Origin: Antedon mediterranea
Taxonomy: Eukaryota > Animalia > Echinodermata
NCBI RefSeq assembly: GCF_964355755.1
Contig: NC_092673.1
Coordinates: 23,619,648 to 23,683,647 of the forward strand
Length of the DNA: 64,000 nt
Direction of reading: 5' to 3'
Part shown: positions 46,476 through 60,545 of the stretch, one piece after another
How the letters are laid out: every line of letters starts with the position of its first letter
Position numbering within the stretch: the stretch's first letter is position 1
Made by a program: the position numbers and the translations under genes
The notes under the pieces: model-generated
What the model was told of the DNA's origin: nothing
The model's input: only the letters and a program-made list of their open reading frames with translations
Database searches by the model: none

Positions 46476-49146
46476 AGATTAAATTGTGATTATTATAATA
46501 AATTTTGAACCTGTATGCATTGCCGTTGTCCAAAAAATGGTCCTAAAATGTCACAACTCTGTACATCATGAATATCACAATTATTATACAATAAAATATT
46601 AATAATTACGTCTTTGTTATATGTGGATAACACAGAACGAAAGGTGAGATACACCTGCTCGTTCTTCCAGTGCTTGTTGTTCTACGTCATGAATTTGATT
46701 ATTTCGCTAAAGGATTAATGCGAACAGAACGCACGCAACTTCAGTGTTCTCCCGCGATTGTACATATCACAGTAGCCTACAACTGTACACCATGCTGGTT
46801 TTAGAGACATACCGGCATACACGGCGGAATGTGTTATAGGACCGCGCGCGACGGTTCATAACATTAATTATTACGTATGACGTTTGCTTTAGAATTAAAC
46901 TTGAACTTATGACCTTGCACTTGATTAGGTCTATTTTTGTGGGATAAATTTAAATGAATATTGTCAATACCAATTTGTTTATTTCTTTGGTTTGGTACGA
47001 AACAAGATATTAGGATGACCCATAAAGCTTAAATAATAACATATGGTCACATAAAGTTTGATAGTGTAGACAGAGCTTTAGTAAGTAAGTAAGTAAGTAT
47101 GGTAAATAAACCTAGGTATGTAAGTAAGCTTAGAAAATTGAATGTTTGTACTCATCTCTCTTTTATGTAAATTTATTTAGGGCTATTTTTATTTTAAAAT
47201 CTGTCGATACGTTTTATTGAACTTCATTAATATCATCACTATTGTAATTCATTCAGTCTTCCACTCTTTAATAGAATTCTAAACTAAATGTCAATAAAAT
47301 AGACACACCTGGCAGTGGATCGCTTCAGTGGTGAAACACGTTCCTGGCCGAAATAAAAAATGAAATAGTATTGTTGGTATATAATAATAATTATAAATAC
47401 ACAGTCATGCATCCCGTAAAAACAGATATATACTTAAAATCAATAATAATAATTTGACGTGCAACAATGATATTACCTTGAAATCAGTCATACAAAATTA
47501 GAAAAGACACGTAGGTAAAATTGGGTGAAAATGAATAAATCATCAGGTAATGCATAAATGAATGTTAAATTGAATATTATTGTGATTGTTTTAAAATTAT
47601 GGAAACGTCACCATGCGAAACCAACAATTATTTTCGAATTGAATAATTGTAAATTGAACGTAATCATAAAAAAGTTTCGTTCACACGCCTCAGTGTTCCT
47701 TTTGGTGAAAAGTGTGAATGTTACTTAAGATTTGGAATACTAACCATACGCGCGCACAACGTCACGCATGTGAATTGTATATTGTCGGGCTTCCTTTCTA
47801 TGTCAGTCACGGGCATATGGTTTAGAAGGTATAATCATTATACGGTTTTTTATACGGGTCGAAACCTTTGTGTCAACAATTAATTTAAATTAAATTTACA
47901 GTTCACTGTAGTTTGCCGACAATAATATTTCATATTTTATTTAATTCCACCAATTTTGTGGGCTTTTCCACTTTTTCCCGTCGTATTCTAAGTCTGTTTT
48001 CCATTAGGCGAATTTTATAAGCGTCATTTAATGCGCATGCGTATTCATTTCTATCTTTTGTTTTTTAATCAAAAAAATAAATTACGCAAACCAGGATCTT
48101 ATAGGAATTTTCGATTAATTCACCAGTGGAAACAAGGCTTTAGTACAGGAAATAACAGGAAGACAGCATCTGCTTTGGGCTGTTACCGTATACAAGTTGA
48201 TAATGGTTATACGATTTATACAGCCGTCGAAAGAAAAAGCATTGCATAGTTATAAATGAAGGTTTAAATTCATTGAAAATGATATTTTATTTTATCGGCA
48301 GTTAGTGGCGCTTAAGATTTGTCGCACCGCTCGTCTAAAAAACACAAGCTTTAAGAAACGTAACATAGTGAGATTAATTGGGAAAACTCAATAACCAATT
48401 GTAAAGGTAAACATAAATAATAATTGATTTTTTCCTTGCTCTTCGTTTTTACACATTTCCCTACTGGAAGGGTTTTGGCATTTACTTGCCGATATTCCTA
48501 ACATTGATAAAATATACAGATACAGATTAAAACATTTTTCGAAAAAAAAACACGTGTAGGCTTACTAAGTTTCTTTTCATTGAAGTCAGTGATATGAAAA
48601 GCATTTATTTATCCTAATTCATCGCACTGACGATTGTTCAGTACTCTGTATTGTCGGTAGTTATTCTTAAAAATGCAGGTGAAAACCAGAATATACACGC
48701 AATGGATACATTATTTTATTGACTAGATGTTTTTAATGCCGAGACTATCAAAGCAAACACAACAATCCTTATTATAATACAACTTGGTGATTATCGATCC
48801 TTAATTCTGTGGTAATGGGCGAGGAAAGTATTATTCATTAAGTCCCCCGTTTGGGTTAAATCTACTTCAGCAACTGCTTTAGAACACTTGAAAGACAAGT
48901 GCGACGATTATTAGAAGGTTCACAAGTGACCCATATTAGTTATATATGCTACCTGCGATGCCAACCTCAAACTTACAGTCAATAGAATCAAATATATAAT
49001 ATTAATACCGCAGACAGGTAATTCAGTCGAATTGACCATAACTTAAAAAGATACAATAATATAGCTATTTATTTTTCAGTTACCAAAACTGAACAAGATA
49101 TATTTCTTTTTAAGTTAATATCTCACATGAAGAAGAATTCCTATCA

Positions 49147-50180
49147 TTTTCCAGTTATCATCACAACTGAAGATGAATTATCAGTTATTTGTTTTCCAGT
49201 TATCATCACAACTGAAAAGGAAATATCAGTTATTTCTTTTCCAGTTGCCATCACAACTGAGGATGAAATATCAGTTATTTATTTTCTAGTTATCCTTACA
49301 ACTATAGAGAAAATATCTTTTATTTCTTTTCCAGTTATCATCATAACTAAAGAGAAAATGTCAGTTATTTCTTTTCCAATTATCATCACAACTGAAGATG
49401 AAATATCTGTTATTTCTTTTCCAGTTATCATCAAAACTAAAAAGAAAATATCAATTATTTTTTTTCCAGTTACCATTACAACTAAAAAAGAAATATCAGT
49501 TATTTGTTTTCCAGTTATCATCACAACTGAAGATGGAATATCAGTTATTTCTTTTCCAGTTACCATCACAGCTAAAGATGAAATATAAGTTACCATCAAA
49601 ACTAAAGAGGAAATAGCAGTTATTTGTTTTCCCGTTATCATCACAATTGAAAAATAAATATCAGTTATTTGTTTTCGAGTTATCATCACAACTGAAGATG
49701 GAATATCAGTTATTTTTTTTCCAGTTACCATCACAGCTAAAGATGAAATATAAGTTACCATCACAACTAAAGAGGAAATAGCAGTTATTGGTTTTCTAGT
49801 TATCATCACAACTGAAAAAGAAAAATCAGTTGTTTTTTCAAGTTACCATCGAATCTAAAGATGAAATATCAGTTATTTCTTTTCCAGTTACCATCACAGC
49901 TAAAGATGAAATATAAGTTACCATCACAACTAAAGAGGAAATAGCAGTTATTGGTTTTCTTGTTATCATCACATTAACTGAAAAAGAAAAATCAGTTATT
50001 TTTTCCAGTTACCATCGAATCTAAAGATGAAATATCAGTTATTTCTTTTCCAGTTACCATCACAGCTAAAGATGAAATATCAGTTATTTCTTTTCCAGTT
50101 ACCATCACAGCTAAAGATGAAATATCAGTTATTTCTTTTCCAGTTATCATCACAACTCACGAGAAAATATCAGTTATTTC
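49147..50180. repeat. 45-bp tandem repeat array with higher-order structure
   Basis: Unit ccagttatcatcacaactgaagatgaaatatcagttatttctttt; more than 20 copies; explains ORFs 49127-50266. Confidence 0.92.
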
Positions 50181-52504
50181 GCTTTCTCTCTAGGAATGCG
50201 CAGACCAGTATTAGTACTGGACATAATACAAATAATACTATATTGTATAGTATTGCCTCAATATAATGCTATTATTATATAACAAGAAACACAACTATTA
50301 GTACAGGATTGTCTCTGGCAATATACAGTTTCGATAATTATCATTTCAAATAGTGTTATATAAGACCTACATATTATACAAATTAGAAATGCAAACGAGG
50401 CAATTATAAACTACCATAACGCTGAATTAATGAAATTTTAACTGCTTTTTGGTTTAGCGACGAGTGAATACGGTGCAATAGAGTACTAAGCGTACCGCCA
50501 AGGGCCATTAATTTATTGTTAAATCTATAATTCGTTTTAACGTTTACTTTAATAGTGTGTAACTGTTAGTGTATACTGCCTGATAATACAAATTGTAGGA
50601 CATTTTTATTCCATTTAAACTACATTTAAAAGCAGTATTGATGCATTAAGGACTACATTTGTTTTCCATTTTGAAAGCTGTTAAATAAAGGCCTCTAAAT
50701 CCACATAGCTTTGATGAGCTCTGATGGTAATGCATGCATTCCATCAATGTTTGGAAATAACGTTTGTGAGACCTCATGTGCACAAGTAAGTTGCTTATTG
50801 AGAAATTCAAAATAAAATACCACTAAATAAATTTTATTCATATGAGCTTTAATGTGGCCTTTGAATGAACTCGTTTTTTTATGAGTATATTCATTTAGAT
50901 AAGTCTGTATATCCATATAGAATAATGCATGTAGTTATGTCAGCATCTCATATATCCATGTATTTGGTATTCCTCGTTTACGTGTGCCTGCCTGTTCTTG
51001 AAGTCTATTCCGTGATCAGTTTTGTCCATCTGTTGTCGGTCATTACCCATGTCTCTCCTCTATAAGTCATAGATATCTTCAACTTACTTGTATACAAAAT
51101 ACTTCTGAACTTGTTTATTTTTTTCCATTTTACCTCATCAACGATGACTTTATTTGAAGAACCACTTTTTACCATTCATTCGTTGTGGGGAGGATTTAAC
51201 AGTACTGTAACAGTACACGTATCTGTGGATGATTTTGAAAGCTGACGTAGGCATACTTAGGCCTATGTTAACTGATAGCTTAAAATATGTAAATGTATTT
51301 GTACACGTGTTGCATCTTTATCGTACTATTTGTAGTGCTAATAATCTCTATCGATATCCATTCGAGGCAGACGATCGGCTCTTGGCTAAACAACTTATGT
51401 AGTTTCATTTTTTGTGTCGGCCTGTGTCGTTGTTTTAGAATGAGTGCCATTCATGTATGTTCCTTTACAAACATTTAACATTGAAATACGTGGTACTTTA
51501 TAAACGAAATGCCTATAGAGCTTCACTCTTCTCTGCTATATAGGCCTAGAGCTAGCCGTTAGTTTAGTATAGGATATGCTTAACCGATACTCTTTGTTCT
51601 ATGTCTGTTCAATATTAATCCGATCAGATAGCCTATAGTATGTTCTCATTGTATATAACGAAACGACGTGGTATACAGCCTCCGTAGAATGATTCATTAG
51701 TTAACTACATAACAAAATGCAACGTGTTTAACTTATACATGGTCGTTAGTTTACTATATAGGATACACTTAACCTAATCTGTTTGGCATAAGTGTATGTC
51801 TGAGAAGAAATAGGTTTTTTAAAACTACTCGTATCAAAAAAACCTGAAATTAAATCAATTTATGTTTTAAAATTACAAATCACAAATTATAACCCTTGCC
51901 TCTTGTAAAAAAATGTTTTAGTTCTCGAGAAAATTCAATTTCAGTTTACTTGTTAAGACTGCTCGCCGGCTTTTGACAATTTTGTCCTATCTTTTAACAC
52001 TAGCAGGCCTAACAAGTTGTCCAAAATTGGGACCGTGGTCCGGATTGCCTCCAACATTTAATGGAGTGGTCCTTGACCACATACCTTAGCGGAGGTAAAA
52101 TATAGCGCAACTTTAGTATGGTCGATTAAAACATGTTAAATCTGTTAATCGCAGTACATTTAATTCCCACAAGTAACTAAACTGAATACAATTGCCTTCA
52201 TCCAATCACTGTCATCGGCCTATAATTAACCGGTAATATGATATATCTATTAGTTTAATAAGAATAATCAACAAACTTTATTTAGTGTTTTAATTTTAGA
52301 ACTCGAATTAGCTTAATGAAGTGCTAAATTATGTTTATTTTACATGCCTAACTAATACAGTTGCTCTATTAAAAAGGTGACGATTCTTTCACGAATGAAA
52401 TTAAGCTAAAGTTCGCAAAGCCTCCGAGAATTAGATTTTATTTTCTGTCGGGATATACTAAAGATATGAATCATGAACCATGGAAATATGAATACGATCA
52501 TCTT

Positions 52505-52600
52505 AAAAGGTTCTGTCTACACTGTAAATCTTGTTCGACAAAAAAGTGTGATGTGATATTAGTTTGTCACATACAATTTGATAGTGTAGACAGAGCTTTA
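52505..52600. mobile_element. MITE family A copy (internally deleted)
   Basis: ttctgtctacactg...gacaaaaaagtgtgatgtg...tttgatagtgtagacagagcttta. Confidence 0.7.
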
Positions 52601-54846
52601 AGAATGTGATTACTGATTGGTTATAATTTGTTACTCTGTGAGGTAGTAGAATATAAAACTAAATCCGCACTATTTGGAAAAGAGAAATTTTGTTTTAGAA
52701 AGTACAAGTATCTTTTTTTTTTTAGCTTTTCTTTTACTTCTCCATTTTTTTTTTATTAGGAAGCAGAGATCTCAGAAAAGATGGATGGCAACAGGGGTGC
52801 ATGGTCCACGCATCGGCACTTTAGTGATTTTTTCTAAGGAGTTCCTTTCCCTCTCTCCTGTTTTTCCGGTGTTATTTATTATTATTAGTCACAATTTTTT
52901 CATCTATTTTTTCTTCTTCAAGTCTGTATATTTTATTAGCATATTAATACTGTTTATAAGTTGACGTTAATGTATGTTGTTAATTTAGTATTTTGAATCA
53001 TTTATCAATATGTTCGGATTCAACAAGGGAGTCGTAGCCAAATACAAAGTAACCCTCAAGCATGCTCGCGGTAAACAAGCCTATAAGTAACATTATTTAA
53101 AATCCCCCAAAATAATTAAATATTGATTATACTTTTTTCGATGAGAACTTCGTCTTCAAATAAAGTAACGATTTTTAAGCACATAACAGATTTATATTGT
53201 GAAAATTAGCTTACTTGTTTAAATTACATTAACTATCGGCATCTTTGTTATCCATATAAGGCCCAGTGGAACTGTCCAGCTATGAACATATTAAATCATA
53301 CATCTAATTACACAGCTGTGGTACAGTCCTAGACTCAACACGATCTTTTTAAATTGACTAGAGCAGTTCGACGTCTTGATGACATTTTAGAAGTTGCATG
53401 CTTCAAAATTACCATGCGACACAATAGGACCAGGCTAATGATTTGACCTGGTAAGTGATTTTTATATGCACAGTTATTGCTAACTTTTGTACATAACTAA
53501 GTTCATTGATAGTTTGCCTCTGTAGCAGAACTTTTTTTTCTTGGTAGGTAGGTCAAGGTTTTCCCGCCTGGTATATGCACGGCTTGCCCTCTGGGCCCAT
53601 CTGCCTTATGTCACGCACAGGTTAATAACAGGTAGTTGGACTGGTGAAAGATCAGCTTGACAGAAAATTTCCAACGGCGATATTAATTCGTAATATATTT
53701 GATGGTTTATTATATTATAATGACTTTGTCGTCTTCACAGTTGGATTTCACACATACCTTGAAGTGGCGTTCGACAAGCCCCTCTTTCAGTTCAGGGTTA
53801 ACTGAGAGAGTTCGTCCAGCAGTGAATTCGATCGGGCCTAGTGCAAACCACCGCCATCCACTCTTTCATTTTTCCATCACGAGATTGTGGTCCTCATAAT
53901 GCAATTGGCATGGATTTCACAAATAAAACTCGTGAGAAACATTGTGTTCGTTTAGTTAGGACAACACTGTGAGTTCAGAGTTAACTGGGAGAGTTCGTTC
54001 ACTAGTGCTAAGTAAAAACACCACTTCCATTGACACACATTTCACTCACAATTGAGATTATGAAGTATTATTATTATTAATGTGAGAGCGACGGTTTGTG
54101 AAGGAAGTGATTCGAGCAGCCGAGTTCTGTAATCGTTGAAGACGATTAATTTAAATATTCGGAAGGGCATAGAACTGAGAATTGCAATAATCAAGACGAG
54201 AAGAGATAAAACCACAATTTCAAGTGCAAATATCATTTTAAAATTGGCATCGAAGATCATTTATATTCATTCTTCCCGTGCTTTCTCCATCGTTGTGTAT
54301 TATGATTTACTAGCTATACGTTAACTAGCCCTGAAACATGCCTACAACAATTCCATCCCGCACCGGGGACGTACGTACAGGTGGTTACCTCTCAGTGGAG
54401 ACCAATTGTGGTGTTATTATAACTAAGCGTTACTAGGCCTACAATGTTTCCCCTCAGAAATCATAATGTAAATGCTGCGCACTTATTGTGATCCACACTG
54501 ACAGAATATTCAAGTATGATGTTTCACATTGCTGACTTTGGCCCAGTAATACACCGTGTATTTCTCATCGTTTAGTTATTACTATGTCTTGAATCGATCC
54601 TCAATTACGCCACATGACTTGAACACACGTTATTGCAAGTAACTATGCGTTATGAAATTATATATTATAATTATGTTCATATCAACCCTTGTTAATGTTT
54701 CCAACCTCTGATGAATAGGCCTATTTAATGGGTCAGTGTGTTGGTAAGTTATCGTGCTGGGTATCGTTATCGTCCGTAAATTTAGATTTTTGAGATTCGT
54801 TCACATTAAATTTTACATGACATAACAAATGCAATTCTATTGTTTT

Positions 54847-55035
54847 AAGCCGGCTTTTGATTTGTCGGAAGTAAATTATATTATTGCATATTCATTAGAA
54901 TCGTAAAAAAGCCGGCTTTTGATTGGTCGGAAGTAATTCTATTATTGCATATTCATTAGAATCGTAAAAAAAGCTGGCTTTTGATTGGTCGGAAGTAATT
55001 ATTCTATTATTGCATATTCATTAGAATCGTAAAAA
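54847..55035. repeat. Three tandem ~62-bp units
   Basis: agccggcttttgattggtcggaagtaattctattattgcatattcattagaatcgtaaaaaa x3. Confidence 0.9.
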
Positions 55036-58003
55036 TACCATACTATTTGTTTGTTAAACTAGTTCTATTTTTAAATGTTTGCCTAAGTGTAGAAATCCAG
55101 TTCTCACTTTGTTGACCACTATTGGTTTTGCAAACTAATTACAAGCAATATGTAATTATTTATTCATCTTATTTTTATAAATTTATTTATTGACCACTTT
55201 CTATTACTTATACAAATCACTATATAATGTGTATAAACTTGTAATAAATAAAATGCACATTGATATCCGAGTAAACCTTAAAATAACTTAAAATGCGCAT
55301 GCGTAAATGTTTTGCAAAAAACTTTGTCTACGTTTTTAACGTAGAGGGCGTGTATACAATCAGTAAAATCTTTACTTCGAAAAACTACTTTCTGTAAAAT
55401 AGCAAACAAGCCTCGTCACGTCAAGCGACAGTGATAATTTAATTAAGATGTTATGCGGATTAATACAGTGTGAACTTCGAAAGTGCCGCTTCTACAACCT
55501 CTCTTTTGATGGTGTGGTGCGTTATTTGTTGATAGGATTCGTCGTGAGCACCATCGAGGGCTTATCATAACTCGTGATGACACATATGGATTTGATATTC
55601 GTATATTTTTGTCCCCTAGCTTAATTAAATAATAATGTTTTCAAAAACAACACTAAACATAGCTTATAGTTTTTTCATTCAATGCGGCGTTTTGTCTACC
55701 AAGCAATATATAATGCGCACCTAGTATAGTGATTTAATATTTATTGGTAGATTACATTTTCAAGTATGCAAAATCCCATTGGGACGGTAAGCTTAAATTA
55801 CCAACGCCATTCTATACTAATGGCGTAACAGAGGCGAATGGCGTTGTTTTGGATAAAAGCGAGTGACGTATTTTACCCCGGTACACTATAATAAACAAGC
55901 GTCCATGTTTCAATCTACGATATATCAAATCAAAATATTTCAATGATAGTCATAATAAATTGTTGTTTCTCTAGTTGTTTTTGTTTTGTTTTTTGCGATG
56001 AAATATTCAAGTTTTCTTTGGCTTTCCTACATATTCCAACATCCTACTGTACTATACGATAAAAGCTAGCTATTAACAAATGAATGCTGGTATATGAATG
56101 TTATAATAAATTACCATGCACTTTATTTCTTATCGATAATTCATTATCTTCACTTCTGATGATGATGATTAAAAAGGAACGAGTTCAGAAAAAAGAATTG
56201 ATCAGCTCATGGAGTTTTTGCTAAGCCTATCAGATATATCAGATATGACTTGTGCCGGGAAAAACCTTTATATAACCCTGTTTTTAATATAACGAAAAGT
56301 ATATTGAAAAACAAATGTAGGAAATATCTTTTCCAACAGTTTTTCTGTAGTGAGTAAACAAAATGTTAGTGAACACTTGATTGTTCCTTGATTTTCTTCT
56401 TCTTTCTTCTATCAATACAATATCTGGCGAATTTTTTTTCCAATAATTTTATAATAACCATTTTATTTCGCTACGGTGATCGTTCGAGATCACATGAGAT
56501 CCCGTTGCGCACGCGCATGTCAGTTCGTTGCATACGCACAAAATCAGAAGTCTTCGACATCGGATATCTAAAGAAAAATTGATTATTTTGTAAGAAATAC
56601 ACGTCATATTATCTATCAAGCATTGTTTTGTTGTGAACATTGATAACTCGTTTTATCATCGTAATATAATCGACAATTGTTATTCATAAGATATGATTTT
56701 TTACCTTATACATTCTCATAAACCAGATAAAGGTCTTAACGATTAGATTGCCTTTTTAAAGCACGAAGGCAAAAATAATATTTAATACGTCATACAGTAT
56801 GTTTAATAATATTGTTCGCGTATCTATGGCGAATCTGTCATGTGACGTGTGACTTAATTATGAATTGTATATCCTTTAATTGGCAAAATATATGTAAGTG
56901 TTTGCCAAGCATTACTTGGTTGTAGAGTTCTTTGTACAATGACGATCACAATTTCCAAGTTATCTGCTTGCTTTTTTTTTGACAAGCTAAACTAACAGAT
57001 CATGCCTTACTGATTTTTAGAAAAATCGATATATTGGTGACATCAAAAATGCTTATGAAATCTCGAGCTATCTGTATGGTAAATAGTGACCGAAATATTA
57101 AATAGCACGTCCTCTGTCGATCAGAAACTGAAACAAAAACATAAAAGAAAACAGAAACACATTACTGATGCCATGTTGCGCCAATAATAAATAACGTATA
57201 CGGTATGTGACTGATATGATACGTCTAAGTGAGAGATTACCACCGAATCAACATGGTCAATCAATAAGTAGGCCTTACATAAGTTTTTTCTTCTCCTTTT
57301 CACATACACTTGCTTGTGTTTGTATCTTACGTCACACTGATTTGCAGGGCTCGGATAAAACATTGTGAAATTGCACTAGTGTTTTAGGAATAGAACTGTT
57401 CACACATTCCGTACAAAACGTGCGTGTGTTCAAAATACGTAACGCAACTCAGTGATTATTTTCAGTAATTGGACCGATTTTGGACTTTTAAAGTTTTCGA
57501 TTTTCAGATATACATTAAATGAATTACTCTTGACTTTTAATGTCTGTCTATGAACTTTCTTGGCGTGACCTATTTCTAAGTTGCAACATAGGGCCATGCA
57601 CTATTAAATATTATAACATTATAAAATATCATATACATTACACTTTTTTTTAAAGTAAAATTAAATTCGTCTTATGGAATGCTAGGACTGTCTCGGAGGG
57701 CACATTTTGTTCAGTTGTTAAGTGATTGTTGATTGTTCTCCGACCGTTGGCTCGAAATACTACTCTATCTGCTAAATATTGTTTTTGCCATATACTTGAG
57801 GAAAATTTTCGAATTGAACAATACAAAATGTAAGCCATGCTAAAAATTTGGACTTATATTAAATATAGTTGCACTATGTGCAAGATGTAGGATGGTCAGA
57901 AATTGTTTCGGTTCTGATATGTAGCATCATTTGTTTACGCTTGTATTTTATGACGGAAGTAATACTAAAATGCTTTAAATTGTCATTTACTTGGAGTATA
58001 CTA

Positions 58004-58271
58004 CACTGTAAAAATAGTGTTTAGATCTTAAACATCTATTTTGTACCCACTCCACACATTTAGCTTTTAAATACGTAGTTACATGTTTAGTGTGTTTAAA
58101 ACGTAAACGTGTTTATACACGTGAACACGTCACTGATTTGTTGAGTTGGATACAGACTACATGTTTAGAATGTACTTATGTACTTGTATGAATCTACAGA
58201 TGTTCAGATCTAAACATGTTTAAGGCTAAATGTGTGGAAGATCTAAGATCTAAATACTATTTTTTACAGTC
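58004..58271. mobile_element. MITE with CACTGTAAAAA termini and TA flanks (EnSpm/CACTA-like)
   Basis: ta|cactgtaaaaatagtgtttagatctta...taagatctaaatactattttttacagtc|ta. Confidence 0.7.
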
Positions 58272-60445
58272 TACCCACCATTTGTTCGTTTAAGAGAACC
58301 CCGTTCCAACTTTCAAAATTGGAATATCCTTTTAACTATACTCTGGCGATCCATAGTGTCTTATTCTGGATTATAAACTAATTCGTATTTATTGTACTGT
58401 ATATTCCATTTTTTCTTTAAATGTAGGGCGTTATGTCAAATAAAAGCCTAGGTACGTCACACATCTCCTAACTCAACTTTATGTGCATTTCTTTATTTAT
58501 TTATTATCTTCAATTCTGTATATAATCTAAAGTGGGTCGCTTTAAAGAAAGTAGATAGTCGGGTAGTTAAGTTTAATACTGTAATAGCACGTCACTGTCC
58601 GTCGTAGGCCTACCTATTTTATTTAAAAAAATACAGTAATATTATAAGTTACTTCAGGTAATATTTATAGTTTACATGTGGGCCTACATTTTAGATAGGC
58701 CTATACCCACCCGAATCTGTGGCTGTCAGTAGACTCTCTGTGGATAGCTATCTAACTGTATTAAGTACTTCTGATACACGTTATCTCTGTCATTAGGTTC
58801 AAATCTAGAGACAATGTATAACGTTGTAATATATATTCATCAAATGCACCGGCAACCAGAATAGCAGGTTTATCGTAATTTTAGGAGACAAAATATGCTG
58901 TTGTAATTCCTAATAAATATGATTACATCGTATCAATTTAAGTTCGTTATTTATATTCTGTTTATCCTATTGGACTGAATGAGGCAAACAACTGGTTTAA
59001 CAAATATACAAATGCTATGAAAAACTAGATATGAAGTTTTAAAAAGATCGCGGTATTCCGGCCGTCCTTCTTATAGGCCTATCCGTTTTCATGTAACACA
59101 AATAGCCTATTTTCTTATTGGTATTACCACGTGTCATTTTTCATATTGTGAAATAGCATAATCGCTAATGAAATCGTAACATAACGTCGGTGTCAGTCCC
59201 AAGAAAGTGAAACTAAATCGCCTTCCTTAAAATCAATCCCACTTACGTCGGCTTAACTTCACCGAAAATCAATATGAATTGTACGTCCTGCATCTGTTAT
59301 ATTTCTCATTTTAATACAGATATGCCTATATAATTGTCTGAAATAAAAGTTGAATAGAATTGAATTGAATATACAGTATATATATATATATTCACCGTGC
59401 AATGAAAGGCGGTTGTGAGATGACCGCTGCTAATAGAGAATTAGGGCCGAATTCTTCCCCATCCCCTAATTCTAGCAAACTCATTTTAGTGATTCTCTCA
59501 GTGTGTAAATATAATGTACTATTATTTTGGTTTAAACTTGATAGATCGTGGGCCTAGATATAGCTACGGTTTTAGACTACCGCAGTTATGATCCCTCAAA
59601 TATTTTGAACTATATAAATATTATTATTTAGAATTTCTAAATTCAAGACCGTAGCCACAAGAATTAAAACGAAGCAGTTGTGAGCGAAGCGATGGCCACT
59701 GTTAATAGAGAATCCGTCGAATTTCACCCTTCTTTAAAATGTGAGTTCTGTCAAAGACTTTTTTCCATTCTATAGCAATCAGGTTACCCCGTGTCTGGGA
59801 CCAGCTTCCCAGACCGTTGACAGATGCTGCAGTCCTAGAAACCCCATCAGCCTTCATTAGAAAAGTTCATATCCATTTTGATTCGCTTTAACTGTTTTTT
59901 GTCTTTATGTCTTTTATGTGTAAACTGACTTTGGGGTTGGGTCAATTGGCTCAGCTACAGTGATTAAGTTCACTTAGGTTGACCCTGGTCTTCCCAATTT
60001 CAGTTGTTTTTGTTATGTAGGCTATATACGCAAAATCAAATAGACCAAATAATGAAATGAAATGAGGTCGGTAACGGTGGCTTCGGCCCTATTGACTAAT
60101 GTATGTTCTCTGCAAACAATTCGAGCTACACGTAGGGTATGTAGCAGTATGCAAATAGGAGATAACAAATTGGAATTACAAATTCGAGCTTAGGATGATT
60201 TGCGTCATGCTTCAGACGAATCAGTTATTTTTACATGCATGATTGTTGTATATATAAACATTAACGCTACATTCAATGATCATCCGAGTTCTCCTTCCGC
60301 ACTACGATTTACTCAGATATTTAGTGAAGACAGAAGAGTTTCGAACAATTATCTATTAAGGATGTATTATTCATAAGATTTGAAATATTTATTCAGAATA
60401 ACTAACTTGATGACAGAGTGATTCTTTTTTCTTGGTTTCTTGGTT

Positions 60446-60545
60446 GATTATAGGATCATTTTCTGTTCGATTATAGGACCATTTTCCGGTCGATTATAGG
60501 ATCATTTTCCGGTCAATTATAGGATTATTTTCCCTTCGATTTTAG
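60446..60545. repeat. ~23-bp tandem repeat (gattataggatcattttccggtc)
   Basis: Four to five adjacent degenerate copies. Confidence 0.8.

Noticed and set aside
49127-50266. 153-aa and 176-aa repetitive ORFs
   Set aside because: Products of the 45-bp satellite, open on both strands, with no splice or start context.
53699-53899. GC-richer segment after an acceptor-like cttcacag as a possible next GPCR exon
   Set aside because: Translation shows no transmembrane helix or TM4-TM7 motifs.
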